Positions 23,714 through 36,219 of a stretch of 64,000 bases of DNA are shown piece by piece (within the stretch, counting starts at the first letter, position 1; the number at the start of each line of letters is the position of its first letter). The position numbers were made by a program, and so were the translations under genes. This DNA comes from Antedon mediterranea (lineage: Eukaryota > Animalia > Echinodermata), in the NCBI RefSeq assembly GCF_964355755.1, contig NC_092671.1, positions 1,798,001-1,862,000 of the forward strand, given 5' to 3'. The notes beneath the pieces are model-generated. The model had not been told where the DNA came from, searched no databases, and saw only the letters and a list, made by a program, of their open reading frames with translations.

Positions 23714-25812
23714 TAACTTTGTGATTTATTTATTAACCTTGTGTCAGTTGCACACATTACCTTTAAAGGTGCAACCAAAATTAAACAATAAAAAAAAAAT
23801 GGGGGAAAAAGAAAGCAAATCATGTACATACACATTTACAACAAATAATTAATAAGCATACCCAATATATGGAAAGTGAATGTATAATCTTAGAGGTATA
23901 CTTTTGTACAAAAATATATACAAACTTATAAATAAGTGCATTACTGGAGCATGTGTCGTTTATTCATTCAATGGTAATGCTAGCTTTCATTGTCTGTCAG
24001 AATCGATGCATACAGTATAATTACAATATGAAATTATAAATACTTACCACCTCTTTCTTATTTTCCTTTTTGCAGTAGTCATTTTAATTTGATTTTCTGG
24101 ATTTGTAAAGCAGAATCATAATCATTTGAATTTCAAAAAAGTCACAAAATCTTTTTTTGTGAACACTTATTTACATTGTTTATGTGTAAAAATGTTAATA
24201 AAATTTAAATTGCCTGTGTGCTTCATTTATATATTATTAGATTAACAAAATTGGGTTGAGTAAAGCATGGAGGTATAAAATTAGAATACCTCCAAGAGTA
24301 AAGTATACTGGTTATGTGCACAGGTAGGTCAGTAAGTTCTAATTAATATTATTGATACATACTTACAGATTTACATTTCTCCCAGTTTCTCGTCAAAACT
24401 CATTTACTCAAAAGTACGATTTTGTTATGTAATGCTCTTTTAGTTCAAAAGAGCAGCAGGTATTGTTGTGGAGATAATAGGCCTACTGTAGCGACTATAA
24501 TTATACAATGTACAGTATTGTGATAAACCCAAGCCACACTGAACAAGGACCAAAGGTCTATGGTATACCCATGGAACAAATAAAGGTGTAACAATATGAT
24601 TATTTATGTTTGCTTCCTCTATGATTAAGCAGCGAATCAACCACCTCCATTTTAACTTAAGTTCAAATAATGAAATAGGGCCTTTACCTTTATATTTTTA
24701 ATGGGTAGCTCCAGGTTTAAAATTGTTATTGTTTGTTATTAAATATTTAACTAATAATTTAGTTTAAGTTGTTTTAAAATTTTGTTTAAATGTATTGTAG
24801 GGCCCCTCGGAAGAGCAGTTTTTATTTTATTACTGAGAGGGCTACTGACCCTACTGAAAGAAAACGAAATAAAAGAAAGCGAAATAAACTTGTTGCAACA
24901 ACATTAATACACATTAAACAGCATAGAAGTAGCATTGTTTTAAAAAGTGGTGTTCAAGACTTTTTCATAGTAATTGTTACAATACCTGAACTAAGAATTT
25001 GTTGTTGTTGTCAATTTAGGTGAATTTCTTATCTTTACTACACTATAAACAAAACAAAAAAGAAATTGTTAAAATGGGTACGGTATATGGTGAGTGAAAG
25101 CACAGTTTTATTATCTAGTGTAGATTATTTTCTATGTTTGTTTTAATCAAGAACTATAGTAGCTATATTAAGATACTTATTTGACCCTCCTGTTATCAGG
25201 TTTGCAGTTATTAAGTATGTGGAAAAAACTATTATATTAGTTTTAGGCATTTCAGGTAGTCTAAATAGTTTGATGCATATCACCAACAATTCAATGTGAA
25301 GTCACTGTACTTGGATCAAACACTTTAAAAAAAAATTTTAACAACTTTCTCAATTATTTTTATTATGTGTGGATTATACAAACTTTAAAAAAATCACAAT
25401 TATTATGTTAATACCATCATAATTTATTACATATCATAATTATCATATTTTCTGTGTTTCATTAAAAGTATATTCAATAAAAATAAGTCTTAGTGGATGA
25501 AAGGAACAAATGACATTCATGAATCAAATCACGAAACAAAATAGTGGACCAATTGAAAAAAAGAAAACTTACATTAAAAATTGAATGTGCATCTGTATAA
25601 TATACGTGTAATAATTAATGCATTGTAAAATCTTTGGATATTTTAGTTGAAATCTAAATGATAACAAAATAATAAATTTTTTATCTAAAGTAGTTTTATT
25701 AAGATTTTAACCTGCTTGTTAGTGGCAATGATTTACTGTTTAATAAATAAAATAAAAAATAAAAAAATTAAATTTAAAATTAAAATGTAGTTTATTATTA
25801 CGATTTACATTT

Positions 25813-28800
25813 TAGGCTAGTCAATCTAGCATTTTGAGTGAAACAAATTGCAAACAGACATTTATTTTTTTTTAAATGGTTACATATGATAAGGTGATTA
25901 TTTTTTGAGCATCACACCTCTGACACTCATTCCGAAGGTATGCAAATTAGCTTAAATATGCAAATTAGGGTGAAATTACAGGGTTACCATATCTTAAAAA
26001 CTACTAATCGTAGAGAGTTCATTTTTGCACAGTCTGGTTCAGAATATATATATTTATATTTGCTCTAATGAGACATTTTACATTAAAATGTCCGGAAGTA
26101 CCAAATTTTGACCCTTGACCCCATTTCTCAATATTTACATAAATATGTGATTAAAATGTCTGTAGAGACTTTATTTTGGACTCAATGACTTGGATATTGT
26201 TTTTCAATACCCACCATAGAACTGTATTATAATTCCTAAAATCACAACTTCGTCATGCACCTCGAAAGTATGCAAATTAGTAGTAAAAGTAATATTAAAT
26301 ATGCAAATTAGGGAGTGAAATTACAGCGTTGCCATATCTCGAAAACCGCTAATGCTAGAGTGTTGATTTTTTCACTAAAATATTTAAAATGTATATATTT
26401 ATATTTACTGTAATGAGACATTTTACAAAAAAATGCCCGGAACTATGACATTTGACCCTCGACCCCATTTCTCAATATTGCATATATAAAGAAACTAAAA
26501 TGTCTGTAGAGACTTTGTTTTGCCCTCAAATGACTCGGATACAGGTTTCTAATACCCTTTTTACACTATCGACTGAGAGAGGAACACGAGTTAAACTCGG
26601 AGGCAATTTCCATTTACACTAGCCAAAAAAACTGCGAGATGAACTCGAGTTGCGCCCATTTACACTACATCGATCACCCCGGTGCTGTCAATCAAATCAC
26701 TATTGCAAGCGCACACGTGGAACTTAACTGACTAATGGTTTAAATGTTAAAATACTGGAACATATCGATAAATCTCATATAAAAACATAATAATCCGAAT
26801 TTACACACAATTTATTTAATTTTGAATGTAGTCCAGTGTTATATTTTCTTCGTGGCTATTAAGATTATCATTTATTATTTAAAAATTAGGGCCTAACAAT
26901 TATTTTTATTTTAAAATGACTGCATTTCTGCCTTGTAGACTGTACGTACAAATAGGCCTTAAATTGTTAGGTTGGCGTCGTAAAAATAGGGTAGGTATGG
27001 TAAGTATTTAAAATAAAAAATGTATTTGTTAATTAGCATAACAATGTATCAATGAAGGAAAATTATTATATGGTAGGCCTACTTTTTCAGTTCCTAAAGA
27101 CGTCAGTATTATATATATTTTTCCCTTTTTCAATAATTAGGCCTACATATAGAATCGGCCAGGGTAGAGTTACACCAATATTACATTATTTTTGGCTTTC
27201 TGGTAAGGTAGAATGCACACGAAAAATTTCAATATTTTCAGCAGAAAAAAAAATCACAAATTTGTTTTTGCCTTTAAATATAAATAAATAAATAATAAAA
27301 TAACGAACAGCACAATATATCGTACAATTATTATTTTAAGCAAAAAGGGTGTATTTTAAGCAAAAAACCTATTTTGTTCGCATAATATATTGTATTTCTG
27401 TGACAAAATGTTACATTTTCACGTCAATGACCTTTAACAGCTCGGTGTTGAACCACAAAAACCGTTTACACTTCTTGTCCCCGGTGTAGATTCGACTACA
27501 CCGGAGAAGGTACACCGGAAAACATTCAGCTTCGTTTCACCCTGGGGAGACCACACCGGGGTGGTTGGATTTTCCCATTTACACCAGTCAATAAAAACCA
27601 CAACACCGGCGTTTAACGACCCGGTGTACTAACAACTGCGGGGTTACACCGCTGTTACAGTGATAGTGTAAAAGGGGTATAATAGCCAACATAGGAATGT
27701 TTAGTAAATCTCAAAATCACACCTGTATCACTCACCTTCAAAGTATGCAATTTATTAGTACAAGTTACATGAAATATGCAAATTAGGGGGTGAAATTACA
27801 GGTTCCTATATGTATCGAAAACCGCTAAGGTAGAGAGTTGATTTTTTCAAAAACTTGTTCAGAATGTACATATTTATATTTGCTCTAATGAAACATTTTA
27901 CGAAAAAATGAACGGAAATACAACAATTGACCCTTGACCCTATTTATCAATGTTTGCATACATAATGCGACTAAAATGTCTGTAGATAATTTTTTTGGAC
28001 TCAAATGACTCGGATACAGTTTTCCTATTGTCAGCATAGGACCTCTTTGTAATTCCCAAAATCACATCTTTGTCACATACCTTGAAAGTATGCAAATTAT
28101 TAGTACAAGTTACATGAAATATGCAAATTAGGGGTGAAATTACAGTCTTCCCATATCTCAAAAACCATTAATTCTAGAGAGTTGATTTGAATTCAGAGTT
28201 GATTCAGAATGTACATATTTATATTCGTGTAATGAAACATTTTACGCAAAAATTGTCTTGATTGAATTATGACATTTGACCCTTGACCCTATTTCTCAAT
28301 ATTTTCATATAATTCAACTAAAATATCTGTACAGACTGTTTTGGCCTCAAATGACTCAGATTTTCAGGTTTTCTATAGCCAGCATAGAAATGTTAGTAAT
28401 TCTCAAAATCACACCTTTGTTACTTCCCTAGAAAATATGCAAATTAGTAGTACAAGAGGTGAAAGTTGCCATATCTCTATCGGTCATTAGCGTTTTTCGA
28501 GATACATAAGGCTGTAATTTGAATATTTCATATTATAACTTGTACTAATAATTTGCATACTTTCGAGTTGCTTGACTTTTGGAATTCTAAACGATCCTAT
28601 ACTGGCTATATAAAACCTGTATCCAAGTCATTTGAGGCCAAAACAAAGTCTGTACATACATTTTAGTTGCATTATATGCAAATATTGAGAAATAGGTTCG
28701 AGGGTCAAATGTCATACTTTCGATAATTTTTTTTTTCAATAATGACCCAGATACAGGTTTTCTATAGCCAGCATAGAACTGATTAGTAATTCTCAAAATC

Positions 28801-30314
28801 ACACCTCTGTTACTTCGCTTGAAAGTATGCAAATCAGTAGTACAAGAAAGTTGCCATATCTTTCTCTCTCGGTCATTAGCGTTTTCGAGATACATAAGGC
28901 AATTCACTGTAATTTGCATATTTCATATAGCTTGTACTACTAATTTGCATACTTTCGAGGTGCTTGACTTACTGGCTATATAAAACCTGTATCCGAGTCA
29001 TTTGAGGCCAAAACAAAGTCTGTAGATACATTTTAGTTGCATTATATGCAAATATTGAGAAATAATAATAATAATAATATCCTGGATTTATATAGCGCCT
29101 AATGTTGTGAAACCTCTAAGCGCTGTACATAAACTAATACGAAAAAAGGGAATTCCAACTATGCCAAAACGAAAGCGTGATTTTGGGAATTACAAAGCGG
29201 TCCTATGCTGACTATAGGAAACATGTCCAAGTTATTTGAGTCCAAAACAAAGTCTCTACAGACATTTTAGTCGCATTATGTATGCAAACATTGATAAATG
29301 GGGTCGAGGGTCAATTGTTGTATTTCCGGTCATTTTTTCGTAAAATGTTTCATTAGAGTAAATATAAATATGTACATTCTGAACAAGTTATTGAAAAAAT
29401 CAACTCTCTAGCCTTAGTGGTTTTCGATATATAGGAACCTTTAATTTCACCCTCTAATTTGCATATTTCATGTAACTTGTACTAATAATTTGCATACTTT
29501 GAAGGTGAGTGATACAGGTGTGATTTTGAGATTTACTAAACATTCCTATGTTGGCTATTAGAAACCTGTCTTCGAGTCATTTGAGGGCAAAACAAAGTCT
29601 CTACAGACATTTTAGTTTCATTTATATATGCAATACTGTATTGAGAAATGGGGTCGAGGGTCAAATGTCATACTTCCGGTCAATTTTTTGTAAAATGTTT
29701 CATTGGAGCAAATAGAAATATGTACATTTTGAATACGGCTGTGAAAAAATCAGCTCTCTAGCATTAGTGGTTTTCGAGATATAGGACAACTGTAATTTTT
29801 TCCCCTTATTTGCATATTTTATTTAAATTGTACTACTAATTTGCATACTTTCGAGGTGTGTGACAAAGGTGTGATTTTGGGAATTACAAAGTGATCCTAT
29901 GCTGGCTATTAGGAACCTATGTCTGGGTCATTTGAGGGCAAAATAAAGTCTCTACAGACATTTTAGTCACATTGTATATGCAAACATTGAGAAATGGGGT
30001 CGAAGGTCAAATGTTGTACTTCCGGTCATTTTTTCGTAAAATGTTTCATTAGAGTAAATATAAATATATACTTTTTGAATAGATCAGTGAAAAAATCAAC
30101 TCTCTCGGACTAGTAGTTTTTGAGATATGGTAACCCTGTAATTTCACCCTAATTTGCATATTTAAGCTAATTTGCATATCATCGGGATGAGTGACAGAGG
30201 TGTGATGCTCAAATTTTGATCTCCTCATCATATATGACCATTTAAAAAAGAAAAATCTCTGTTTGCAATTTGTTTCACTTTGGGCTGTTTTTTTTTGCTA
30301 GATTGACTAGCCTA
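25813..30314. mobile_element. Non-autonomous foldback-type DNA transposon with TAG...CTA ends (Academ-like)
   Basis: TIR taggctagtcaatctagc / gctagattgactagccta; 3-bp TSD TTT, with the empty site acatttatgaag seen in the paralogous region near 38268; arms made of ~350-bp repeats, direct on the left and inverted on the right. Confidence 0.8.
26553..27679. mobile_element. PIF/Harbinger-like MITE nested in the foldback element
   Basis: TIR taccc(t/c)ttttacactatc / gatagtgtaaaaggggta; TSD TAA; internal tttacac repeats. Confidence 0.8.
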
Positions 30315-30336
30315 TTTATGAAGATCCAAAAGTTTA

Positions 30337-31326
30337 TAAAAGTAACAACAAAACGGTTTGCATCCAGCTCTCGTGTAGAGCTGTCCATTTTTGGTAGAAC
30401 CTCAGTAGGTTTTGCTTTTGCATCATATATTCTTTGCTTCCACGTTACAATGATAGTATCATCATTAGCTTCTGGTATTTTTGATGGCTTTAATTTGTTT
30501 AAGCCCACAGCATTGTCTGTAATTTGCATAAATCTAGGGAAGATAAAGCTAATGTTTTTATCAGATGCTTGCTCCACAGTAGATAAACATGAAATTGATA
30601 CCTCTTTCAACTGTAAAGCCTTCGTCAACAACTTTTTCCTTTTTTCAAAAGCTTTAGAATTTGACAATTTAATTGTTGAGTTATAGCAGATGGAACTAAT
30701 TTGTTCTTCAGTGTAAGGTATGTCTTGTTGGTTGATAGCTGCATCCTTAAGGCGGTGTACAACTATGTCAATGTAACGTCTTATGGGAGATGTAAAGTGG
30801 GTATAGAAGTCAATTGATCTTGACCCTTGGAAATGCTTTGACCAGAACATTTGTAATCTGACTTTTCTTGTATCATGTTGTAATGTGCCATCATTACAGA
30901 GAGCTTTGGATGTTTATTATCAGTACAAACAATCTGGATAATCTTCATCATTTCAGCAAGACTGGCATCGGAACCTTGCTTGGTATTATTTACAATTTCC
31001 ACCAACTTGTTCCATTCCTGTGTCAGCATTGTAATTGTGTTACTTTGTTCACCGCATTTACATACATTATCACAATTGCACTGTGAAGAATCAACATAGT
31101 CTTTAAACTTCCCTAACATCTCTTTACTATTTCTAATATCAGGTAAGTGTTTGACTTGAAATTCCTGGAGCTTTTCAGGATCAGGTGAAAGTTGCCTTCT
31201 GAGTGGCACAGATTGAGGAAATCTTTCCATCAGATACTCTGCTACAGCTTTGTTTGCAAGAATCATGAATTCTTCAATCAATGAATGTGCAAGAGGATAA
31301 GATACCTCTTCTTCATTTTCATCCTC
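30337..31326 (-). pseudogene. HELZ2: HELZ2-like RNB-domain relic
   Basis: Highly similar to ~43473-44487 (AHSLIEEFMILAN, YTHFTSPIRRY); frameshifting deletion near 30815-30830; both ends truncated. Confidence 0.9.
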
Positions 31327-31334
31327 TCTTTTTA

Positions 31335-31757
31335 TTTTTTTTTTGGTTATCCTTAGTTGCGGATAACCCTTGTGATTGTAAATATCTTTTTTTTCATCTT
31401 CTTCTTTGTTATTAGTTATCCGCTTAGTACATACGTACAATAGTTTCTCTTTCATTTTGGACTCAATCGACTCTTTGGATAGGAAGGCTGCTCACAAACT
31501 ACTGTGTGTGCGATAGGCAGCACAACGAAGCCAAGACTAGCTGCGATTGACGAATTTTGTTGCTCTATTTCAGAGATCATGCAGGTTATTGGATCCCCCG
31601 ATATAGAGAAAATTGAACGAAAACATTATGAAAGGGGTTTTGCTTTTTCAGTTCATAATTATAAGCGGTCGCACCCCTACCCCAACCCAAAAAAGGACAA
31701 TTTCTGGTAACTTAACAGGGCCTTTTATTCGGGTAACTATGGTAAGTTACTTCTAGC
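31335..31757 (+). mobile_element. Small Helentron-type non-autonomous element (tentative)
   Basis: 5' palindrome ggttatcc-ttagttgc-ggataacc (31345-31368); 3' gtaact..agttac hairpin followed by ctag. Confidence 0.4.
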
Positions 31758-32317
31758 ATTCTTAACTGTTGAATTAACACCCGCTTTGAATAAAAGCCTC
31801 CCTCAAATAAACGTCACCATTCCCTCCAATAAAACATCATCTGGAATAAACGCTCCGCCACATGCATTTACAAAATAATTGTATCACAACACATTTCATT
31901 AACTACCATAATCTACAATTTACCAAGCATTTTGACATAATTTTTTGATATTAATTGTGCTGTATTTTTTTACATCTAGGTGGTATTTATTTGATTATAC
32001 ATGTTACCATATTATACCCCCAAAAAAGATGCCTCCCCTCCCCCTAAAAACTCTTTTGAACAATGAATGCCAGGGGCGTTTAATCGGATACACATGGCAA
32101 GTTACTTCTAGCATTCTGAAAAGAACTGTTGAGTTTGACGTTTATATCAAAATGTTCTCGTGGACAGCAATAACTAGTACTTGAAATTGAAACAATTTAA
32201 AGTATCAGTTATTGCATAACATTACTGTCTAAGGATAATGATTGAAAATGCTCATCTGGTTTGTAGGTATAAGTATATTGAAATTATTCTTTTTTCCAAA
32301 CCAATAATTAGTAAAAA

Positions 32318-32370
32318 CTAACCTTGACAGTTTCGCTGTCCTGATCGGACAGCTTCTTCAGAAATAATGA
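32318..32370 (-). ncRNA. Hammerhead-ribozyme-like motif, Penelope-like element remnant
   Basis: Minus strand CTGAAGA-a-gctgtcc-gatca-ggacagc-GAAAC-t-GTC; perfect 7-bp helix II, weak helices I and III. Confidence 0.5.
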
Positions 32371-32582
32371 CGATCTATCATCAAACAGACTGACCTCTAG
32401 AGGGCCTATTCTGTTTAATGTTTAATTCCTCTTGAAATAATTTCTACTGATTTTCCTCTGCCACTAATATTTGAAAATATTAGTGGCTAACTAAAAGTTT
32501 TTCAAAAGTTGTCCACTATCATGGATTTCACGTAAATTTATCAGCGCATATTTATGACAATGACAGATAAGTGGAAGACTAT

Positions 32583-35500
32583 TCATCCTTCTGTCTTGTC
32601 GGTTACTAGTCCTAAACCAAGCTGACGGAAGTAGTCAACAACCTGTTGTAGTTTATCAGTAAATTCAAATGCATCATCAGACTTCAGATTGCCTTTATGT
32701 TTGGTAAGATGCTCTAAAATCTTAACAGGATTTGTACTTTGGTCAGGAGGTTGATCCTCATCAAGCTTTCTTTTTCTTGACGATTGTGATTCATGAACAG
32801 CCTTTTTTGAAGGAGAAGGAGAAATAGAGTTAAGCTTAGAAACCATGCCTGTATACACAGGGTGGGTTCTTGAGTAAGGTGTGTAAGAGAGATTGCATGT
32901 TTTCTTCCACTTTTTTCTATTCACTTTTATATATATTATAATTTTATTTTACTCACCTCTTTGGTATTTTCTGGTACATTTTGGATTCTAAGAATATAAA
33001 AAAAAATCATTATTATTTCTATGATACTGTAAAGCACTGGTACTGAAGCAACCAGCATTACCAAGCATAACTTCACTGGAATATCACACTGTACACCAGA
33101 ACTTTAACAAGTTAAAAGGCATATTGTTATTTGATTACCATGTAACAAGGATAGATATAATTTTCACATAGGTATAGGTTTAAAATGGAGGTATTTTAAC
33201 CAAAGTGATAAATTCAGGTCGATACCCTCCTGTGATACATTTTTTTTCTTTCACATTAAAAGATCTATTAATGCATTGACCAAAAAAAGAATATTTCAGA
33301 ATTTCACATTTAACACATGTCTAGAATTGTCACTCTTACTCAATAAAAGATTTATAATATGAATATGTTTCTTATTGTGGAGAAATGAGTGGAATGTGTG
33401 TATTGATCCTCGAATACTCTATTTTTGAGCTGCTACAACTTTTTAATGTAGCAATTACAAGTGTTTTTACATCCGTATATAATACTGAAATTTGTATTGA
33501 CTGAAAAGCCCTGAATAAATATTTTTTTCATATTTATAGACCCCAGATATTGAAATATAAATTATGAACAATTAGTTTTGTTCATTATAATTTTCTTACA
33601 GTTTACAAGTTAAGCAATGTTGGGCCCAGTTGCATTCTGTATGGGAGATAGCGGTGGGTGCTGTATATACCAGAGAGTGATGGTGTGCTGATAATATCGG
33701 ACTATCAGGTAATAGGCATGGGTTCGAGTCTATCTGTACCATACTGATTGCATTCTTAGGCAAGATGCTTTACTGTCATTGCCTCGTCCTTCGGATAAGA
33801 TAAACCGTTAGACCCCTGTACATATAGTGCACGTTAAAGAGTAGAGGATCGTCTCCCTGTGTGCTGATCTGGTAGGCGCTGCACTGCTGGCTTCCGTGGG
33901 GGAGGGCCTAACCTGAATTTCCTTAGTATCCATTTAAGCTTAAGAATATGTACATTTAACATTTTTTTTTTACACTTTGCAGGTAATTTAAATCGCAAAT
34001 CATCACAAGCCTTCTAAATAAAAAAAAATTGTTGTAATGTTACACTGGATAATAATATGTTGCCCTTTATTTCCACTATTAAAATAATTCCATGTTATTG
34101 ATGGTGTGCCAAAACATAGTGGGTGCCATCTAGTGTACAACTAGGCCTAATTAAAATAAACTCACTCAAGCTGGTCCAACCGCTCAGAAATGCTCCACAG
34201 ACGATCGCTTCGAGCAGCTGGCATTTTATGTCGCCTTAATGACAGACTAATTGGTATTGCAACTTCTGTTGGGCTCTTTGAAACATCTGTATCCTTTTGT
34301 GTGATGGAAGGTATGACATAAGTGTGTCCTGAAATGTGAAATGTCATTATATTAATATAACATTGAGAAGCAATACTGAATCAATTTGGGGTCGGTGCAG
34401 GTGTAAAAATGGACTGAAGTCAGAAACTAAATTTGTTATTTTTTGACCATTGAGTTGGACTAAAAGTTAAATGACAATCAATTTCTTACCTTTCCCATTT
34501 AGCTTATCAAGAGCATCTATGTATATTTGTTGATCAAACTCTGTCTCCCAAGTTTCTTGAAACTCCTGCCGATGTTCGTCTGTAAAAAGTATTCCTGCTA
34601 TATCTTTGAGAAGTTGCCCACTTTGATGCAGTTTAAAGAGATTTGTAAGGCCATTGGGATCAACAAACGTTACATGAAATACTATGGATCCATGTGTGAT
34701 TTCATCAAATTGACATTTACGGAATGTAAGGTAACCTATCAAATTATTCTCTTTGTCATAACATACTGCTCTAATCTCTCCATCCGTAAACTGTCTTTTT
34801 GGAGATGGTAGATCTTCAGAATCTTCAGGTTTGCGTTTTTTTACAGAAAAGGTTACTTGAGCACCTTTAGTAAAAACATATACATTTTCATTAAAACAAG
34901 TTAAATAAGCCTAATGTGTAATGTGATTTTATGAAAGCATCTAAAATGACTCATTGAAACAATCAGTGTGCGATGCATATTCAGTTACTAAAATATTGTA
35001 CATTTAATTATATTAAATTTACAGGAGTAGTAAACAGTAAAAACAAAATACATACAATTGCCAAGTAGATGATTCTTTGCTGTTTGGTTAAGACATTTTG
35101 CAAACCTCATTATTTTGTTTGGTTCATCTTCAAGAAGTTTTTCTTTTTCCAGTTGAAATACCAAATCCCAAGTATTTTGGAAATCACCGGACAATCCGTA
35201 GTGATCAATAATTCGACATAGCTCTTTTTTTTCGACTTCTAGTAATGCCTTAAAGAGACTCCTACGATATTTTGACAGCCTTTTGTGTGCCGAATTTTGA
35301 TTATCTATAATAGCTCTGTCTAAAATATATTTAGTTACAAGGTCCTTTGCTTTTATCAACTCTGAAATGTCTGCTATTTCCCATAAAAGATGAACATCAT
35401 AATGTAGTATACAACCACGTTCCTCTAGTGAATTTAATAACTGATTTCCTGTAGTGGCGCTGAGGTAACTCAAAGGCAGATAATCAAATACACAGAACCT

Positions 35501-35590
35501 TAACCATTTGCATTTGTGAAATTCATATAGTTTACTGAATTCCGTTTTCAAGTCCTTAAACTTCTCATCAGCATCATCGTTAATTGCCAT
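32583..35590 (-). CDS. Gene B: short multi-exon protein with tandem DED-like domains and a TRADD-N-like domain
   Basis: Exons 35056-35590 (ATG 35590), 34490-34864 and 34166-34328 join in frame; the last exon (~32583-32847) parallels gene A; intermediate small exons uncertain. Confidence 0.7.
33680..33960 (+). mobile_element. Duplicated copy of the intronic Deu/Nin-like SINE
   Basis: Paralogous to 21085-21400 with a small internal deletion; boundaries approximate. Confidence 0.6.
35056..35590 (-). CDS. Gene B exon encoding tandem death-effector-like domains
   Basis: KWLRFCVFDYL..GNQLLNSLEERGCI..DVHLLWEI; LSKYRRSLF..TWDLVFQLE. Confidence 0.72.
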
Positions 35591-36192
35591 TTCACCAAAT
35601 GTTTCTGTCTGCAAAAGAATTGTTGAAAATGTTTATGTGCAAATATGATAATATAAAAGAAACTTTAAAAAGGCAACCATTCAATATATTAAAACTTTAA
35701 AAATTGAAATATTGATAATTAAGTCCTTGTATGTCAATTTTCATAAATACTCACTTGTTAAGGACAAGCAGGGGCACTCATTAATATCAGTATAATTCCT
35801 GCATTAATTGTGTCGGAATGCTTTGATAGACTTACATATTGTGGATAATATATGTAATATGTAGATAGGCAGCGGTGATGGTGGATCAACAGTAGGAGCT
35901 ATTAAATGTTCACCTACATTATTTTTATTGTTTTGTCCTTCACATTGCCCTACCTTAACATTTCCCAGGTTTACAAAGTATTATCCATGGAGAAAAGAAT
36001 TTACTGCATAATACATTATCAAGGTTTTTTTTTTAATGGGCTAAAACTGAGCCAAACCTTGTTACTGATAGCCAGGCAAAGAGAATTACACCACCAAGGT
36101 ATGATGGGAAATTATGCTATAGTGCGTGAGAACAAAGGTGTAGGCTATTGTATTGTGTTATGTGAATGAAAGGAAAAAGATGCTTAATATTT

Positions 36193-36219
36193 CAGGTAGA
36201 GGGCGCATCCACCGGAAGT
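36193..36219. promoter_or_regulatory. CTCF-like plus ETS motif pair upstream of the gene B coding start
   Basis: caggtagagggcgc-atcc-ACCGGAAGT. Confidence 0.5.

Larger units (their letters stand above)
19977..25812. repeat. Segmental duplication, paralogous to 32425-38275
   Basis: Both start attcctcttgaaataatttct; long near-identical non-coding tracts (20020-20700 vs 32460-33150; 25570-25810 vs 38030-38270). Confidence 0.85.

Noticed and set aside
24380-24420. Interferon-response (ISRE-like) element near the putative first exons
   Set aside because: Only a half match (agtttctc), not conserved in all three genes and expected by chance in AT-rich DNA
31327-31455. N-terminus of ORF 30781-31455 as a novel HELZ2 start
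   Set aside because: It is read-through into an adjacent repeat; HELZ2 similarity stops at 31326
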